A DNA stretch of 32,000 bases from Gemmata obscuriglobus (GTDB lineage Bacteria; Planctomycetota; Planctomycetia; Gemmatales; Gemmataceae). The notes beneath the pieces were generated by a model. That model saw only the letters and a list, made by a program, of their open reading frames with translations, had not been told where the DNA came from and ran no database searches. The DNA lies in the NCBI RefSeq assembly GCF_008065095.1, contig NZ_CP042911.1:4440001-4472000 (forward strand), written 5' to 3'. Numbering within the stretch: position 1 is the stretch's first letter; the number at the start of each line of letters is the position of its first letter. The position numbers and the translations under genes were made by a program. Shown here piece after piece: positions 14,025-23,641 of the stretch.

Positions 14025-15995
14025 CTACTTCGTGAGCCCGTAACGGTCGATCTTGCGATCGAGTGTCGAGCGCTCGATGCCCAAAATCGTTGCGGCCCGT
14101 GACTTGTTCCAGTCGGTATGCTTTAAGGTTTCAAGAATGTGACGCTTCTCCACTTCTTCGATCGTTTCGGGCTTGTATACGAGGGCCGCGCTCACCACCG
14201 GCGCCCCCACGTCCAGCCCTGAGAGCCAGATGTCGGCGGCATCGAGCTGCGGGCCGTTGCCGAGCGCGACGGCCCGTTCGATCACGTTCCGCAACTCGCG
14301 GACGTTTCCGGGCCACCGGTAGGCACGCAATTTGTCCAGGGCCTCGGGCGTGAACCCCTTGAACTTGCGCGCGGTTTCGCGGGCGAACCTCTTCAGGAAG
14401 TGCTCCGCGAGCAGCGGCACGTCGTCGAGCCGGTCGCGTAGCGGCGGCACGTCAAGCTGGACCACTTGGAGTCGGTAGAACAGGTCGCGCCGGAACGTGC
14501 CCGCCCGAACCGCCTCTTCCAGGGGACGGTTGGTCGCGGCAACCACACGGACATCCACTTTGATGGCCGTGTTGCCGCCCACCCGCTCGAACGGGTGCCC
14601 TTCCAGCACGCGCAAAAACTTGGCCTGGGTGCTGAGCGCCATTTCGCCGATCTCGTCGAGGAAGATGGTGCCGTTGTCCGCGGCCTCGAACTTCCCGACC
14701 ATCCGCTCCGTCGCCCCGGTGAACGCTCCCTTCTCGTGTCCGAACAGTTCGCTCTCCAGCAGCGTCTCCGTCAGCGCCGCGCAGTTGAGGCAGATGAACG
14801 CGCCTTCGCGCCGGGGGCTGTGCAGGTGGATCGCCCGCGCCACCAGCTCCTTGCCGGACCCGCTCTCGCCCCGAACCAGTACCGTGGCACGCGTCTCGGC
14901 GACCCGGACCACCTGCGACTCGATCTGTTGCAGCACCGCGCTCTCGCCGACGATCTCACTCTCGATCTTCAACTGCGACCGCAGGCTCCGGTTCTCGGCC
15001 GACAAGCTGGCCTGGCGCGAGAACCGGTGCCACACGGTCCCCAGGTGCCGCGCCACCGCGAGGGTGAACTCCAGGTCGTCGGCGTTCAGGGGCGCGTGCC
15101 CGATCGTGCGGTACAGGTGCAACAGCCCGAGCACCTTATCGTCGGCCATGATCGGCGCGCAGATGAGGCTGGCGACTTTCAGTTCCGCAATGCTGTCGCG
15201 GTCTTTCAGCATCCGGTCGGTGGCCACGTTCTCGGCCAGGATCGCCTGCCGGTCGGACAGTACCTCGCTGCTGACGAACTGTGACACCTTGTGGTACGTC
15301 GCCGGCCCGCCGTTGCGCACACGGTGCGTGACCAACTCGAGTTCGCGGCCCTCCTTGAGTGCGAGCACGGCGACCACCTCGGCAGGGGTGGCCCGGAACA
15401 CCGCGTCCGCGGCGAGCACGCACAGCGCCGGCTTGTCCGCTGCCGCCGCCATGTCCAGTGCGAGCCGGTACAGTACACCGACGGCCTGCGGCGGCGGTAC
15501 CCGGGCGGCAGGGAGCGTCGCTTCCGCGTCCGGTGTTGTGGAGGGTTGCTGCTGATATCGTGTTTGCCCGAGTCGCTTCCGGATTTCCAGCCCGTCCACA
15601 TGCTCCGCCGGGGCCGGCGCAACCTGGGGCGGATCGGGCAACTGGCTCATCTCGTCAACGAAGACGAACCGGGTGCGGCCGAGGCGCAACTCGTCTTGCG
15701 GCCGCAGTGGTCGGTCGGAGCGGAGCAACTCGCCGTTCAAATGTGTGCCGTTCAAACTGCCGAGGTCGCGGACGAACCACCCGCCCTCCGCCGCGAACAC
15801 CTCGGCGTGTTCGCGGCTGCACAGGTCGTCACGGAGTACGACCCGGTTGGTTGGCGCGCGGCCCAGCTTGTACCGCGTGCCCTCGTGCAGAGGAAACACG
15901 TCGCCGAACCCGTCATCGCGGCGGGCAACCAGGAAAGCGTCAGGCGGTTGGGCCATTGGGTCCGAGCCGGGAGCGGGGCGACGGGACACTTCCAC
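14025..15995 (-). CDS. sigma-54-dependent transcriptional activator with N-terminal FHA and GAF domains
   Basis: FHA: [25 protein letters not shown]...[13 protein letters not shown]-like: [22 protein letters not shown]+: Walker [15 protein letters not shown] loop, Walker [10 protein letters not shown]. The Fis-type HTH is [18 protein letters not shown]. The start may be the ATG at 15956 rather than the GTG at 15995. Confidence 0.95.
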   Translation of the reverse strand: MEVSRRPAPGSDPMAQPPDAFLVARRDDGFGDVFPLHEGTRYKLGRAPTNRVVLRDDLCSREHAEVFAAEGGWFVRDLGSLNGTHLNGELLRSDRPLRPQDELRLGRTRFVFVDEMSQLPDPPQVAPAPAEHVDGLEIRKRLGQTRYQQQPSTTPDAEATLPAARVPPPQAVGVLYRLALDMAAAADKPALCVLAADAVFRATPAEVVAVLALKEGRELELVTHRVRNGGPATYHKVSQFVSSEVLSDRQAILAENVATDRMLKDRDSIAELKVASLICAPIMADDKVLGLLHLYRTIGHAPLNADDLEFTLAVARHLGTVWHRFSRQASLSAENRSLRSQLKIESEIVGESAVLQQIESQVVRVAETRATVLVRGESGSGKELVARAIHLHSPRREGAFICLNCAALTETLLESELFGHEKGAFTGATERMVGKFEAADNGTIFLDEIGEMALSTQAKFLRVLEGHPFERVGGNTAIKVDVRVVAATNRPLEEAVRAGTFRRDLFYRLQVVQLDVPPLRDRLDDVPLLAEHFLKRFARETARKFKGFTPEALDKLRAYRWPGNVRELRNVIERAVALGNGPQLDAADIWLSGLDVGAPVVSAALVYKPETIEEVEKRHILETLKHTDWNKSRAATILGIERSTLDRKIDRYGLTK

Positions 15996-16060
15996 GATAG
16001 TGGCGGGCTGCTTGCGGGTTCAAGCCGGAACGCGACCCCGGCCCCGCGCCGGTGTCTCAG

Positions 16061-17194
16061 TCACCGCGAAAGCTGGTATAGCAGAACCGCCAGGCCGCCG
16101 AACGACGCGACCGCACACAGTACCGCGGCGGGACTGAACGCGGCGTACACCAGCCGCATCTTCACCCCGTCGGGCGGGGCCGATACGCCGGGCGACTCGG
16201 GACGCCAGGGCGCGCCCTCGGCCCCGCGAACGGAGATGACCTCGGCCCGACTGGTCCACAGCGCGACACTTCCGAACAGCAGCAGCGAAAACGCGAGCAG
16301 GTGTACGGCGACCGGCACTTCGACGTTCCCCTGCGCGTCGCCCACCTTCAACACCAGTGCAAGCAAAATAGCCAGTCCGTTGTTGGTCGCGTGAAGCAGA
16401 ATCGGCACCCAGATCGACCGCGCCGCCAAGTACACGAAGTGCAGATACACCCCCATCAGGGCGATGACAACGAGCTGCGACGGGTCGAGGTGCATGGCGG
16501 CGAACAGCGCCGCTGTGAACAACACCCCGGCCGGGATGCCGTACCGGGCGCACAGCCCGCGTCCGAGGAACCCGCGACACCATAACTCCTCGACCACCCC
16601 CGGCCCGACGGCCACGGCCAACGCGGTGAGCGGCCAGGGGAACGACCCGAACACGCCGTTCAGTGCTCTCACCACGGGCGGCGGCTTCATACCGGTCGCC
16701 CAGAGGAAGAGCGTTTGAATGAGGTCCGCACAGATCATAAAAGCCGGCACGAGGAGCAGGGCGAGGAACACATGCAGCGGGTGCGGCCGGCGCAGCCCGA
16801 TCTGCCGCGCCCAACCCGGGCCGATCCGCCGGGGAAGCACAAGAAGGATCAGCCCGAGTGAGGCAAATTGCGCCGCGAGCATTCCCGACGCGAGCGAGCG
16901 GCCGATTCCGTCCGGGATCGGTGGGCGCTCACCCTCGGCCTTCAGATCGACGGCCTTCCCGAACCCGCCGAGCTGCTCGTCCGCGAACGCTTGCGGGTCG
17001 GCTGCGGAGTACATCAGCGCTCCGAACACCACGCCCGTTCCGATGATTGCACTGAATAACTGAGTGGCGACAAACAGCCCGCACCATATGACCGCTTCTA
17101 AGAGACCGGGGCGCGTCCGGGCAGGTGGCGCGGGCGCTACCAACGGCAGGTCGGTGCGGGTCACCAGCGGCGGCTCGTTCGTGGGTTCGCTCAT
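16061..17194 (-). CDS. CPBP-family (CAAX/Abi) intramembrane glutamic endopeptidase
   Basis: Motifs are VVEELWCRGF (EExxxR), FAAMHL (FxxxH) and LLHATNNG (HxxxN). It is multi-pass hydrophobic. ATG at 17194; the track start at 17200 is TTG. Confidence 0.88.
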   Translation of the reverse strand: MSEPTNEPPLVTRTDLPLVAPAPPARTRPGLLEAVIWCGLFVATQLFSAIIGTGVVFGALMYSAADPQAFADEQLGGFGKAVDLKAEGERPPIPDGIGRSLASGMLAAQFASLGLILLVLPRRIGPGWARQIGLRRPHPLHVFLALLLVPAFMICADLIQTLFLWATGMKPPPVVRALNGVFGSFPWPLTALAVAVGPGVVEELWCRGFLGRGLCARYGIPAGVLFTAALFAAMHLDPSQLVVIALMGVYLHFVYLAARSIWVPILLHATNNGLAILLALVLKVGDAQGNVEVPVAVHLLAFSLLLFGSVALWTSRAEVISVRGAEGAPWRPESPGVSAPPDGVKMRLVYAAFSPAAVLCAVASFGGLAVLLYQLSR

Positions 17195-17228
17195 AAGCAA
17201 TTCTTCGCCCGCGGGGCGAGCACCGGGG

Positions 17229-18734
17229 TTAGTACCGCAGCAATCCGGTATATTCCATCAACTGCAACAGCCACGGGTTGCGCCACGGGTTACAGGCGGG
17301 GTAGAACACGCTGAGGACCCCGAACCCCAGCAACACGGCGCCCAAAAGTCGCCCTAGGGCGCTCCGGGCCAGCCAGTCGGCCGCGGTTGGGAGTGCGAGC
17401 ACCCACAGCGGGATCAGCCAGAACAGCCACCGCGGCCCGCTCGTGTTTCCGCCGTAGTTGTAGCTGTTGGTCCGGAGTAAATAGAAGCAAAAAACCGTCA
17501 GAGAGACGACGACGGTCATCGCCGCGAACATTTCGCGCGTCCAGCCCGTCGCTTTTTGTTTCGCGAACAACTTCCGCACGTCCGGCGCGCTGCGGATGCC
17601 CGCCGCAATCAGCCCCGCGAACGCGAGCAGCCACACTGGCGTCAGGCTGAACCACCCGTGGTGGCCGAGAGTCAGGTGCAACGCGTACACGCTGGTCGGT
17701 TCGTTATTGAAGTCGATCCCTTTTGCGGCCGGCGTGCCGAGCTTGGCCCAATGACTCCCCTCAAAATTGTACCACGGGCCGCCGAACTCGCTGTACGCCG
17801 GGAGAAGTCGGCCCATCGCCGCGTAGTTCGCCAAGAAGAGCGCCGCGAGCGGGACCAGCGCACAGGGCACGAAATACAGAAGCGTGTTCCGCGGTCGGGC
17901 GAGGAGCAGCGGCACCATCAGCGCGACGAGGAACGCCAGCGCGGGTAGCTCAAAGGTCGCAGCAAGCGCCGCGAAGAACCCGCACGATCCGTATCCGACG
18001 GGAGGCATGTCGCGGTTCTCGGCGACCGCGCGCAGCAGCGGGTACGAAGCGAACAGTACACAGTACGCGGCCGGGATGTGGTTGTTCAGCGTGTGCGAGA
18101 ACGTAAGCAGGAACGTCCCCAGAGCAGCCGCGGCGAAGGTGAGCAGCTTACCGAAGTCGGTCTTGCCGGTCGTGTCGATCAGCCGCCCGAGCAGCACAAG
18201 GTACACCGCCATCGGCAGCACGTTCCACGTCAGCACAATAGTGGGAATCACGAGCCACCGGTCGCGCCCGATGTCCCACCCAACCGCCCGGTTGAGGACC
18301 CAATATTCGGACGCGACGAGGACCGCCATGAGCGGCGGTTTGCTCGAGTAAAACTCCTTCGTCTCGGGGTTCATCACGATGTCGAGCGACTTGTATGCTG
18401 GCTCCGCAACGATGCCCACGTCCTTGTACTTCGTTGGGGAACCCGGATCGGGGGCGGTCCGCTTGCCGATGACGAAGGTGCGGTCGTGGACCAGCGCGCG
18501 CACGGTCGCCCAGCGGGACTTGTCGTTGGAACTGAACGTGGGGTGCGGGTCCGGCCGGCTGGCGGGCCAAGAGCGGTCCGGTTCGGCCCCGTACCCACCT
18601 TGCTCGGGCGCCTTGTAGCGGCTCGGCTCTACGACGTTCTCGGCGCCGACGGTCTTGGCGGCGGCGATCGCTACCGCTGCTGCGGTCAGAAGTAGGAACG
18701 CCGAGCGACGGAGGTCAGACGGTTCGGCTGCCAT
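17229..18734 (-). CDS. GT-C fold membrane glycosyltransferase, ArnT/PMT (family 39/83)-like
   Basis: A 501-aa polytopic protein. The first periplasmic loop carries NDKSRWATVRALVHDRTFVIG and FYSSKPPLMAVL. These match the DE-x-R-Y-A...(E)KPPL signature of ArnT/PMT_2 enzymes, with ND in place of DE. Confidence 0.8.
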   Translation of the reverse strand: MAAEPSDLRRSAFLLLTAAAVAIAAAKTVGAENVVEPSRYKAPEQGGYGAEPDRSWPASRPDPHPTFSSNDKSRWATVRALVHDRTFVIGKRTAPDPGSPTKYKDVGIVAEPAYKSLDIVMNPETKEFYSSKPPLMAVLVASEYWVLNRAVGWDIGRDRWLVIPTIVLTWNVLPMAVYLVLLGRLIDTTGKTDFGKLLTFAAAALGTFLLTFSHTLNNHIPAAYCVLFASYPLLRAVAENRDMPPVGYGSCGFFAALAATFELPALAFLVALMVPLLLARPRNTLLYFVPCALVPLAALFLANYAAMGRLLPAYSEFGGPWYNFEGSHWAKLGTPAAKGIDFNNEPTSVYALHLTLGHHGWFSLTPVWLLAFAGLIAAGIRSAPDVRKLFAKQKATGWTREMFAAMTVVVSLTVFCFYLLRTNSYNYGGNTSGPRWLFWLIPLWVLALPTAADWLARSALGRLLGAVLLGFGVLSVFYPACNPWRNPWLLQLMEYTGLLRY

Positions 18735-18782
18735 CGATCCGCTCTGGTGGAAGGGCAGGGGGGCGGAACCGATCCGGGAAGT

Positions 18783-19835
18783 TCATCCCCGGGCCGGTTC
18801 GGGCTCGGCGGGGGTCCGCTCCGCGACAGTGTACGGGGCGTTGTCCAACCACTGGCGCGCGACAGTCATTTCGGACACCAGACCGGCGAGGAAGCACTGC
18901 CCGCCAAAAAGGGCAGACCCCACCGCGAGGATCGCGACCATCATCTGGGTCAGCGGCCCGGCGCCGTAACTGCCGTCGATGAGGCGCAGGAACCAGTTCG
19001 CCAACAGCAAGAAGAAGCCAAACGCCCCCGCCGCTCCGAACACGAGCCCCCACGTCCCAAGCAGGTGGTTCGGCCGCCGGCCGAAGCCCGTCAGTAGCCG
19101 CACGGTGGCGACGTCGAGTGCGCCTTTGATGAAACGCTTCCAGCCGTACTTCGAACTGCCGAACTTGCGCGCCCGGTGCTGTATCACCAGCTCGCCGACC
19201 TTAAACCCGCGGGCCGTAGCCAGTACAGGCACGAACCTGTGCAGCTCGCCGTACAGGTACACCTCGCGGAGCGCCTCGGCGCGGTAGGCCTTCATCCCGC
19301 AGTTGTGGTCGTGCAGGTGTACGCCGGTGAGTACGCTCAAGAATTTGTTGAACACCCGGCTGGGGAACACCTTGTGCCACGGGTCGTGGCGCACCTTCTT
19401 CCACCCGCTCACCACGTCCAGCCCGCCCCGCAGTGCGTCGAGAAACCGGGGGATCTCGTGGGGGTCGTCTTGGAGGTCTGCGTCCATTGTCAGAACGATC
19501 TGGCCCCGCGCAGCGCCGAACCCCGCCGCCAGTGCGGCGGCCTTTCCAAAGTTGCGCCGGAACCGGATACCGCGGACCCGCTCGTCCTTCGTAGCCAGGT
19601 GCTGAACGGCCGCCCAGGAGTGGTCCTTGCTGCCGTCGTCGACAAATATCATCTCGACACGGGCGGGCAGATCTCGCGCCACCTCCGCGATCTCAGCGTG
19701 GAGGGCCACGAGGCTCTCGTCCTCGTTGTAAACGGGGATCACGAGCGAGAGCAGTTCGACCGCCACGAACCCGGCCGGCGTGCGGGATGCGCCCGCGGTC
19801 CCTGCGGGTGACGGCTGGCTCGTGTTCGGGGTCAT
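18783..19835 (-). CDS. family 2 glycosyltransferase, polyprenyl-phosphate sugar synthase type (ArnC/GtrB/DPM1-like) with two C-terminal TM helices
   Basis: The track ORF was trimmed to the ATG at 19835. Motifs are LSLVIPVYNEDESL, IFVDDGSKD and LTMDADLQDDP. C-terminal TM segments are present. Its ATG overlaps the upstream stop as ATGA. Confidence 0.92.
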   Translation of the reverse strand: MTPNTSQPSPAGTAGASRTPAGFVAVELLSLVIPVYNEDESLVALHAEIAEVARDLPARVEMIFVDDGSKDHSWAAVQHLATKDERVRGIRFRRNFGKAAALAAGFGAARGQIVLTMDADLQDDPHEIPRFLDALRGGLDVVSGWKKVRHDPWHKVFPSRVFNKFLSVLTGVHLHDHNCGMKAYRAEALREVYLYGELHRFVPVLATARGFKVGELVIQHRARKFGSSKYGWKRFIKGALDVATVRLLTGFGRRPNHLLGTWGLVFGAAGAFGFFLLLANWFLRLIDGSYGAGPLTQMMVAILAVGSALFGGQCFLAGLVSEMTVARQWLDNAPYTVAERTPAEPEPARG

Positions 19836-20830
19836 GAACTCACCTCGGCGGGGCCGCGGAGCGCCTGCGGCGGGACGGACGGCTTGAGCACGTAAAACAG
19901 CAAACCCACAACCGCCTCGCCAACGGTCCAGGCGAGCCGTAGGGCCAGTGCAATCAGCACCGCCACCTGGGCCGCGGTGGCCTCGCCCAGCGCGGCAACG
20001 AACTGCGGCGCGAGCGCCCACTTCAGCACCAGCTCGCGCGCCCCGAGTCCGCCCGGTGCGATCACGAACACGAAGCCCGCGACGTAGCAGAGCGATACTG
20101 CTGCCAGATCGCGGGTGAACGCCACGGTATCCCACTCTGGCGCGACCGGTAACAGCCCGTGAACTGTCAGCCCCAAACTGAGCGCGAGCAAACAGTACCC
20201 GGCGGCGCCATGAACAAGCCCTTGCGCGAGGAGGAACAACGACGGCGCGGGTAGCGGCCGTGCGTCCGGACCGCGCCGCTTATTTGCAACACGAGCCGCG
20301 AACTTGTTCAACACGGCGAGCCCAAGCGGCAGCGAGACGACCGCGAACAGGATCGTCCGCTTGCCCGATACCTCGGCCGGCAGCACACCCAATGCCGGCA
20401 GGAACAGTACCGCGAGCAGCGCCCCCGCGGACATGCTCACCAGCGTCTCGTACACCGCCGTCACGCCCACCGGTACCGGGTGCGCGCCGTGTGGCCGCAG
20501 CATCGCCATGCGCATCAGAGGCACCAGCACCTTGCCGGGCACATACTTCCCGAACTGGCTGATGAAGTAGGTGCGGAGGCCCACCCACCACGACACCTGC
20601 ACACCCTCGAAGTGCAGCAACCGCACCCAGAACGACGACCAGCACAGGTGCGCCAGCAGGTACAGCACCCCGGCGAGCACCAGGTACTCGGCGCGCACTC
20701 GCACGGGCAGACTTCCCGGCTCGATGCCCTTCAGCGTGTTGTGAAAGTTCCACGCCACTGCGGTCACGATGACCAGTGCGACGACCGTTTCGACCGCGAG
20801 CCACAGCTTCCGGCGCTTGCCTTTTGACAT
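19832..20830 (-). CDS. flippase-like / lysylphosphatidylglycerol-synthase TM-region (UPF0104) membrane protein
   Basis: About 8 TM helices after a basic N-terminus (MSKGKRRKLWLAVETVVALVIV). This is the typical partner of GT2 genes. It is the first gene of the minus-strand cluster. The family call comes from architecture. Confidence 0.8.
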   Translation of the reverse strand: MSKGKRRKLWLAVETVVALVIVTAVAWNFHNTLKGIEPGSLPVRVRAEYLVLAGVLYLLAHLCWSSFWVRLLHFEGVQVSWWVGLRTYFISQFGKYVPGKVLVPLMRMAMLRPHGAHPVPVGVTAVYETLVSMSAGALLAVLFLPALGVLPAEVSGKRTILFAVVSLPLGLAVLNKFAARVANKRRGPDARPLPAPSLFLLAQGLVHGAAGYCLLALSLGLTVHGLLPVAPEWDTVAFTRDLAAVSLCYVAGFVFVIAPGGLGARELVLKWALAPQFVAALGEATAAQVAVLIALALRLAWTVGEAVVGLLFYVLKPSVPPQALRGPAEVSS

Positions 20831-20872
20831 CTTTCGGATTCTACGAGACGCCGCCGAGCCGGGGAGGTTGTG

Positions 20873-20901
20873 TTGTCACCGCACAACTTGCTCGATAAAT
20901 T
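20873..20901 (+). promoter_or_regulatory. candidate sigma70-type promoter for rpsA (TTGTCA-N17-TAAATT)
   Basis: The -35-like TTGTCA is at 20873-20878 and the -10-like TAAATT at 20896-20901, about 28 nt upstream of the ATG. It overlaps the inverted repeat GTTGTG-N9-CACAAC (20867-20887). This is pattern match only, and planctomycete promoter rules are poorly known. Confidence 0.3.
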
Positions 20902-20928
20902 CGACTGTTAGAAGTGAGGAATTCGCCG

Positions 20929-22569
20929 ATGAGTACCGAGAACGAGTCCCCGAAGCCCGAGCAACCGCCGCAACCCGCCCAACCAAGCCCGGTGGTGCCC
21001 GCGCAGCCCAGTGGTCCGGCCGCCTATGGTGCGGCGCCGCAGGCGCCGCTAAACGCGGGACCGGTCAAGGGGCCGCAGCCCGGCCCGTCGGAGGCCGGTG
21101 CCGCACCGACCCCCTACGGCGCCGCACCGCAAGCGCCGCTGAACGCCGGCCCTGGCAAGGGGCCGGTGCCCCCGGGCGGGCCGCGACCCGGAGCTCCGCG
21201 CCCTGGTGGAGGTAACTTCGGTGGGAACCGGCCGTCCACCAACCGCGGCGACCGGCCGAACCGGTTCGATAAGCCGTTCAACCCTGGCGGCGCGCCGCCG
21301 CAACTCTACGTCGGGGCCGAGAAGCCCAACAATCGCGAACTCGACAAGCTCATTGAGGACGAACTGGCCGCCGCGATGGGCGACTTCGATGTGTCGAAGA
21401 CGGTCGCCGCGGTGGAGCAGGTGCAGAAGCCGCGTGCGGCCGGCGCCAGCGGGCGCAAGGTCGGAGTGGTAGTCGGGGTCCACGGTAACGACGTGTTCGT
21501 CGAGGTGCCCGGAGGGCGCAGCCAGGGCCTGCTGCCTTTACAGCAGTTTGAGGGCCGGCGGCCGGCGGTCGGCGAGTCGGTCGACTTCGATATCGACCAC
21601 TATGATTCCGCTAACGGGCTCCTGATCCTCACCCGCGAGGGGGCCGCGCAGGTCGTTCACGACTGGACGCAGGTCACCTACGGCATGGTCGTCGAAGCGA
21701 AGGTGACCGGCACCAACAAGAACAAGACCGGCCTCACCATTGAGGTGGCTGGGATCAAAGGCTTTCTGCCGGCGAGCCAACTCGACCTGTACCGGGTCGA
21801 AAACGTCGACCAGTTCGTGGGCCAGCGCCTGAAGGTGATGGTCTCGGAGGTGAATCCGGAGGAGCGTAACCTTATCGTGAGCCGTCGCGCGGTTCTGGAG
21901 CGCGAGAAGCAGGTTAAAGCCGAGGAGTTTTGGCGCACCGTCGAGAAGGACCAGGTGCGCAAGGGCATTGTGCGGAGTGTCAAGCCGTTCGGTGCGTTCG
22001 TGGATCTCGGCGGTGCCGACGGGCTGATCCCGGTGTCCGAGTTTTCCTGGCAGCGGGTCAACGACCTCAACGAGGTTGTGAAGATCGGGCAGGAGGTCGA
22101 GGTCAAGATCAGCAAGATCGACTTCGAAGCGCGGAAGATCGGCCTGAGCATGCGGGCGCTGACTACCAGCCCGTTCGAGGAGTTCACGAAGACTACGCAG
22201 GCCGGCGCGCGGGTCACGGGCAAGGTGTCGCGGCTCGCCGATTTCGGGGCGTTCGTGGAACTGGCGCCCGGGCTGGAAGGGCTCATTCACGTGTCGGAAC
22301 TCTCCACCCAGCGGGTGCGCCGGGTGAGCGACGTGATCGAGCCAGGACAAAATGTGATCGTCGAGATCTTGAGCACGGACCCGGTAACGAAACGGATCGC
22401 ACTGAGTCTCAAGAAGATCGCGACCGAAGAGGAGGTCGCCGCTGAGGAGGCCGAGGAGGCCGAACACCTGGCCGCACTCAAAGCCGCTGAGCAAGCGATG
22501 GCGAGCCGTCCGGTGAACCCGAACCTGCGCGGCGGGCTCGGCGGGCCGATCCGGTTCGACGGGCAGTAA
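20929..22569 (+). CDS. rpsA: 30S ribosomal protein S1 with long Pro/Gly/Ala-rich N-terminal extension
   Basis: ATG at 20929 has GAGGAA upstream. There are four S1 (OB) repeats, e.g. KGIVRSVKPFGAFVDLGGADGLIPVSE and RVTGKVSRLADFGAFVELAPGLEGLIHVSEL. The N-terminal 160 aa or so are low complexity. Confidence 0.95.
   Translation: MSTENESPKPEQPPQPAQPSPVVPAQPSGPAAYGAAPQAPLNAGPVKGPQPGPSEAGAAPTPYGAAPQAPLNAGPGKGPVPPGGPRPGAPRPGGGNFGGNRPSTNRGDRPNRFDKPFNPGGAPPQLYVGAEKPNNRELDKLIEDELAAAMGDFDVSKTVAAVEQVQKPRAAGASGRKVGVVVGVHGNDVFVEVPGGRSQGLLPLQQFEGRRPAVGESVDFDIDHYDSANGLLILTREGAAQVVHDWTQVTYGMVVEAKVTGTNKNKTGLTIEVAGIKGFLPASQLDLYRVENVDQFVGQRLKVMVSEVNPEERNLIVSRRAVLEREKQVKAEEFWRTVEKDQVRKGIVRSVKPFGAFVDLGGADGLIPVSEFSWQRVNDLNEVVKIGQEVEVKISKIDFEARKIGLSMRALTTSPFEEFTKTTQAGARVTGKVSRLADFGAFVELAPGLEGLIHVSELSTQRVRRVSDVIEPGQNVIVEILSTDPVTKRIALSLKKIATEEEVAAEEAEEAEHLAALKAAEQAMASRPVNPNLRGGLGGPIRFDGQ
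21025..21204 (+). repeat. in-frame 2 x 90-nt tandem duplication inside rpsA (YGAAPQAPLNAGP.KGP...)
   Basis: Units are 21025-21114 and 21115-21204. They encode YGAAPQAPLNAGPVKGPQPGPSEAGAAPTP and YGAAPQAPLNAGPGKGPVPPGGPRPGAPRP. Confidence 0.8.
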
Positions 22570-22589
22570 CGACCGCGCCACACGGTTTG

Positions 22590-22619
22590 GTGAGCGGAGG
22601 GCGACTCCCCTTCGCTCAC
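22590..22619 (+). terminator. hairpin downstream of rpsA (no clear U-tract)
   Basis: GTGAGCGGAGGG cgactc CCCTTCGCTCAC gives a 12-bp stem including one G-T pair, 21 nt after the stop. Confidence 0.4.
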
Positions 22620-22660
22620 TGAGCGTATACTAACGCCGTTATCCACTCCGCTGCGAGACC

Positions 22661-23641
22661 GTGCGCATGCCCCCCGAAGGTAACGGCTCTTCCGCCCCCC
22701 GAGAGCCGCGCGAGCTGGCGGCCCTCCTTCAAACCCTTCAGACCAACATCGGGCGCGTGTTCCTCGGCAAGCCCGAGGTGGTGCGCCTCGCCTGTGTCGC
22801 GCTCCTGGCCGAGGGACACCTGCTCCTTGACGACGTGCCCGGCGTCGGTAAAACGCTGCTCGCGAAGGCCCTCGCTCGCAGCCTCGCGTGCAAGTTCAAC
22901 CGCATCCAGTTCACCCCAGATTTGCTGCCCGGCGACCTGTTAGGGGTAACCATTTACCGGTCGCAAACGGGCGAGTTCCTGTTCCAACCTGGTCCGGTGT
23001 TCGCCGAGGTTGTGCTGGCCGACGAGATCAACCGCGCCACCCCGCGGACGCAGTCGGCACTGCTCGAGGCGATGCAGGAGCGTCAGGTGACGGTGGACGG
23101 TAACACGCGCCCGCTCGGGCCGCCGTTCCTCGTCGTGGCTACGCAGAACCCACACGAGTTTGAGGGCACCTACCCGCTCCCCGAGAGTCAACTCGACCGG
23201 TTCACCCTGCGGGTCAAGGTGGGGTACCCGGACCGCGAGGCCGAACGCGCGATCCTCACACAGCACCGGGCCGGTGAGCCGGTCGAGTCGCTCAAACCCG
23301 TGCTCACGCCCGCGGACGTGATCGCGCTTCAAACGCACGTTCGGACGGTCCGCGTGGACGCGGCCATTGCCGATTACATCCTCGACCTGATCGGCGCGAC
23401 CCGCACGCACCCCGAACTGGCGCTCGGGGCGAGCACCCGCGGCGCGCTGGCCATGTATCGGGCGGTTCAGGCCCTTGCGGTCACGTCGGGGCGGGACTAC
23501 GCCGTTCCGGATGACGTGAAGGCGCTCGCCGAACCGGTTCTGGCGCACCGGATCGTGACCCGTAGTTGGGCGGCCGGCGGGCACCCCGACGCCGGGCCGG
23601 TGGTGCGCGAGATCCTCACCAAGCTCAAGGTGCCGGCATGA
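22661..23641 (+). CDS. MoxR-family AAA+ ATPase
   Basis: Walker A is VPGVGKTLLAKALA. Walker B / sensor is VVLADEINRATPRTQSALLEAMQERQVTV. The start is GTG at 22661 or ATG at 22667. Confidence 0.95.
   Translation: MRMPPEGNGSSAPREPRELAALLQTLQTNIGRVFLGKPEVVRLACVALLAEGHLLLDDVPGVGKTLLAKALARSLACKFNRIQFTPDLLPGDLLGVTIYRSQTGEFLFQPGPVFAEVVLADEINRATPRTQSALLEAMQERQVTVDGNTRPLGPPFLVVATQNPHEFEGTYPLPESQLDRFTLRVKVGYPDREAERAILTQHRAGEPVESLKPVLTPADVIALQTHVRTVRVDAAIADYILDLIGATRTHPELALGASTRGALAMYRAVQALAVTSGRDYAVPDDVKALAEPVLAHRIVTRSWAAGGHPDAGPVVREILTKLKVPA

Noticed and set aside
16011-16028. A search for sigma-54 -24/-12 promoters near the enhancer-binding protein. The best hit is GGCTTGAACCCGC on the minus strand upstream of the EBP gene. 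TGGCAC occurrences are at about 8653, 13024, 14884 and 24697.
   Set aside because: The GG-to-GC spacing is off by one in the intergenic hit. The TGGCAC hits lie inside coding regions and lack a TTGC at the correct distance.
18783-20135. Long 5' extensions of track ORFs: 18783-20135 for GT2, 26624-27673 for isochorismatase, 11290-12219 for Nudix-like, 5384-7798 for MCP and 3002-4228.
   Set aside because: The extensions overlap neighbouring well-supported genes and are Arg/Gly/Pro-rich. Internal ATGs with SD sequences or ATGA overlaps give proteins that begin where family homology begins.
22639-22647. TTATCCACT, one mismatch from the DnaA-box consensus TTATCCACA, upstream of the MoxR gene. A weaker TTATCCGCT lies near 9335.
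   Set aside because: These are single isolated boxes with no cluster, no adjacent AT-rich unwinding element and no dnaA/dnaN. This is not an origin.
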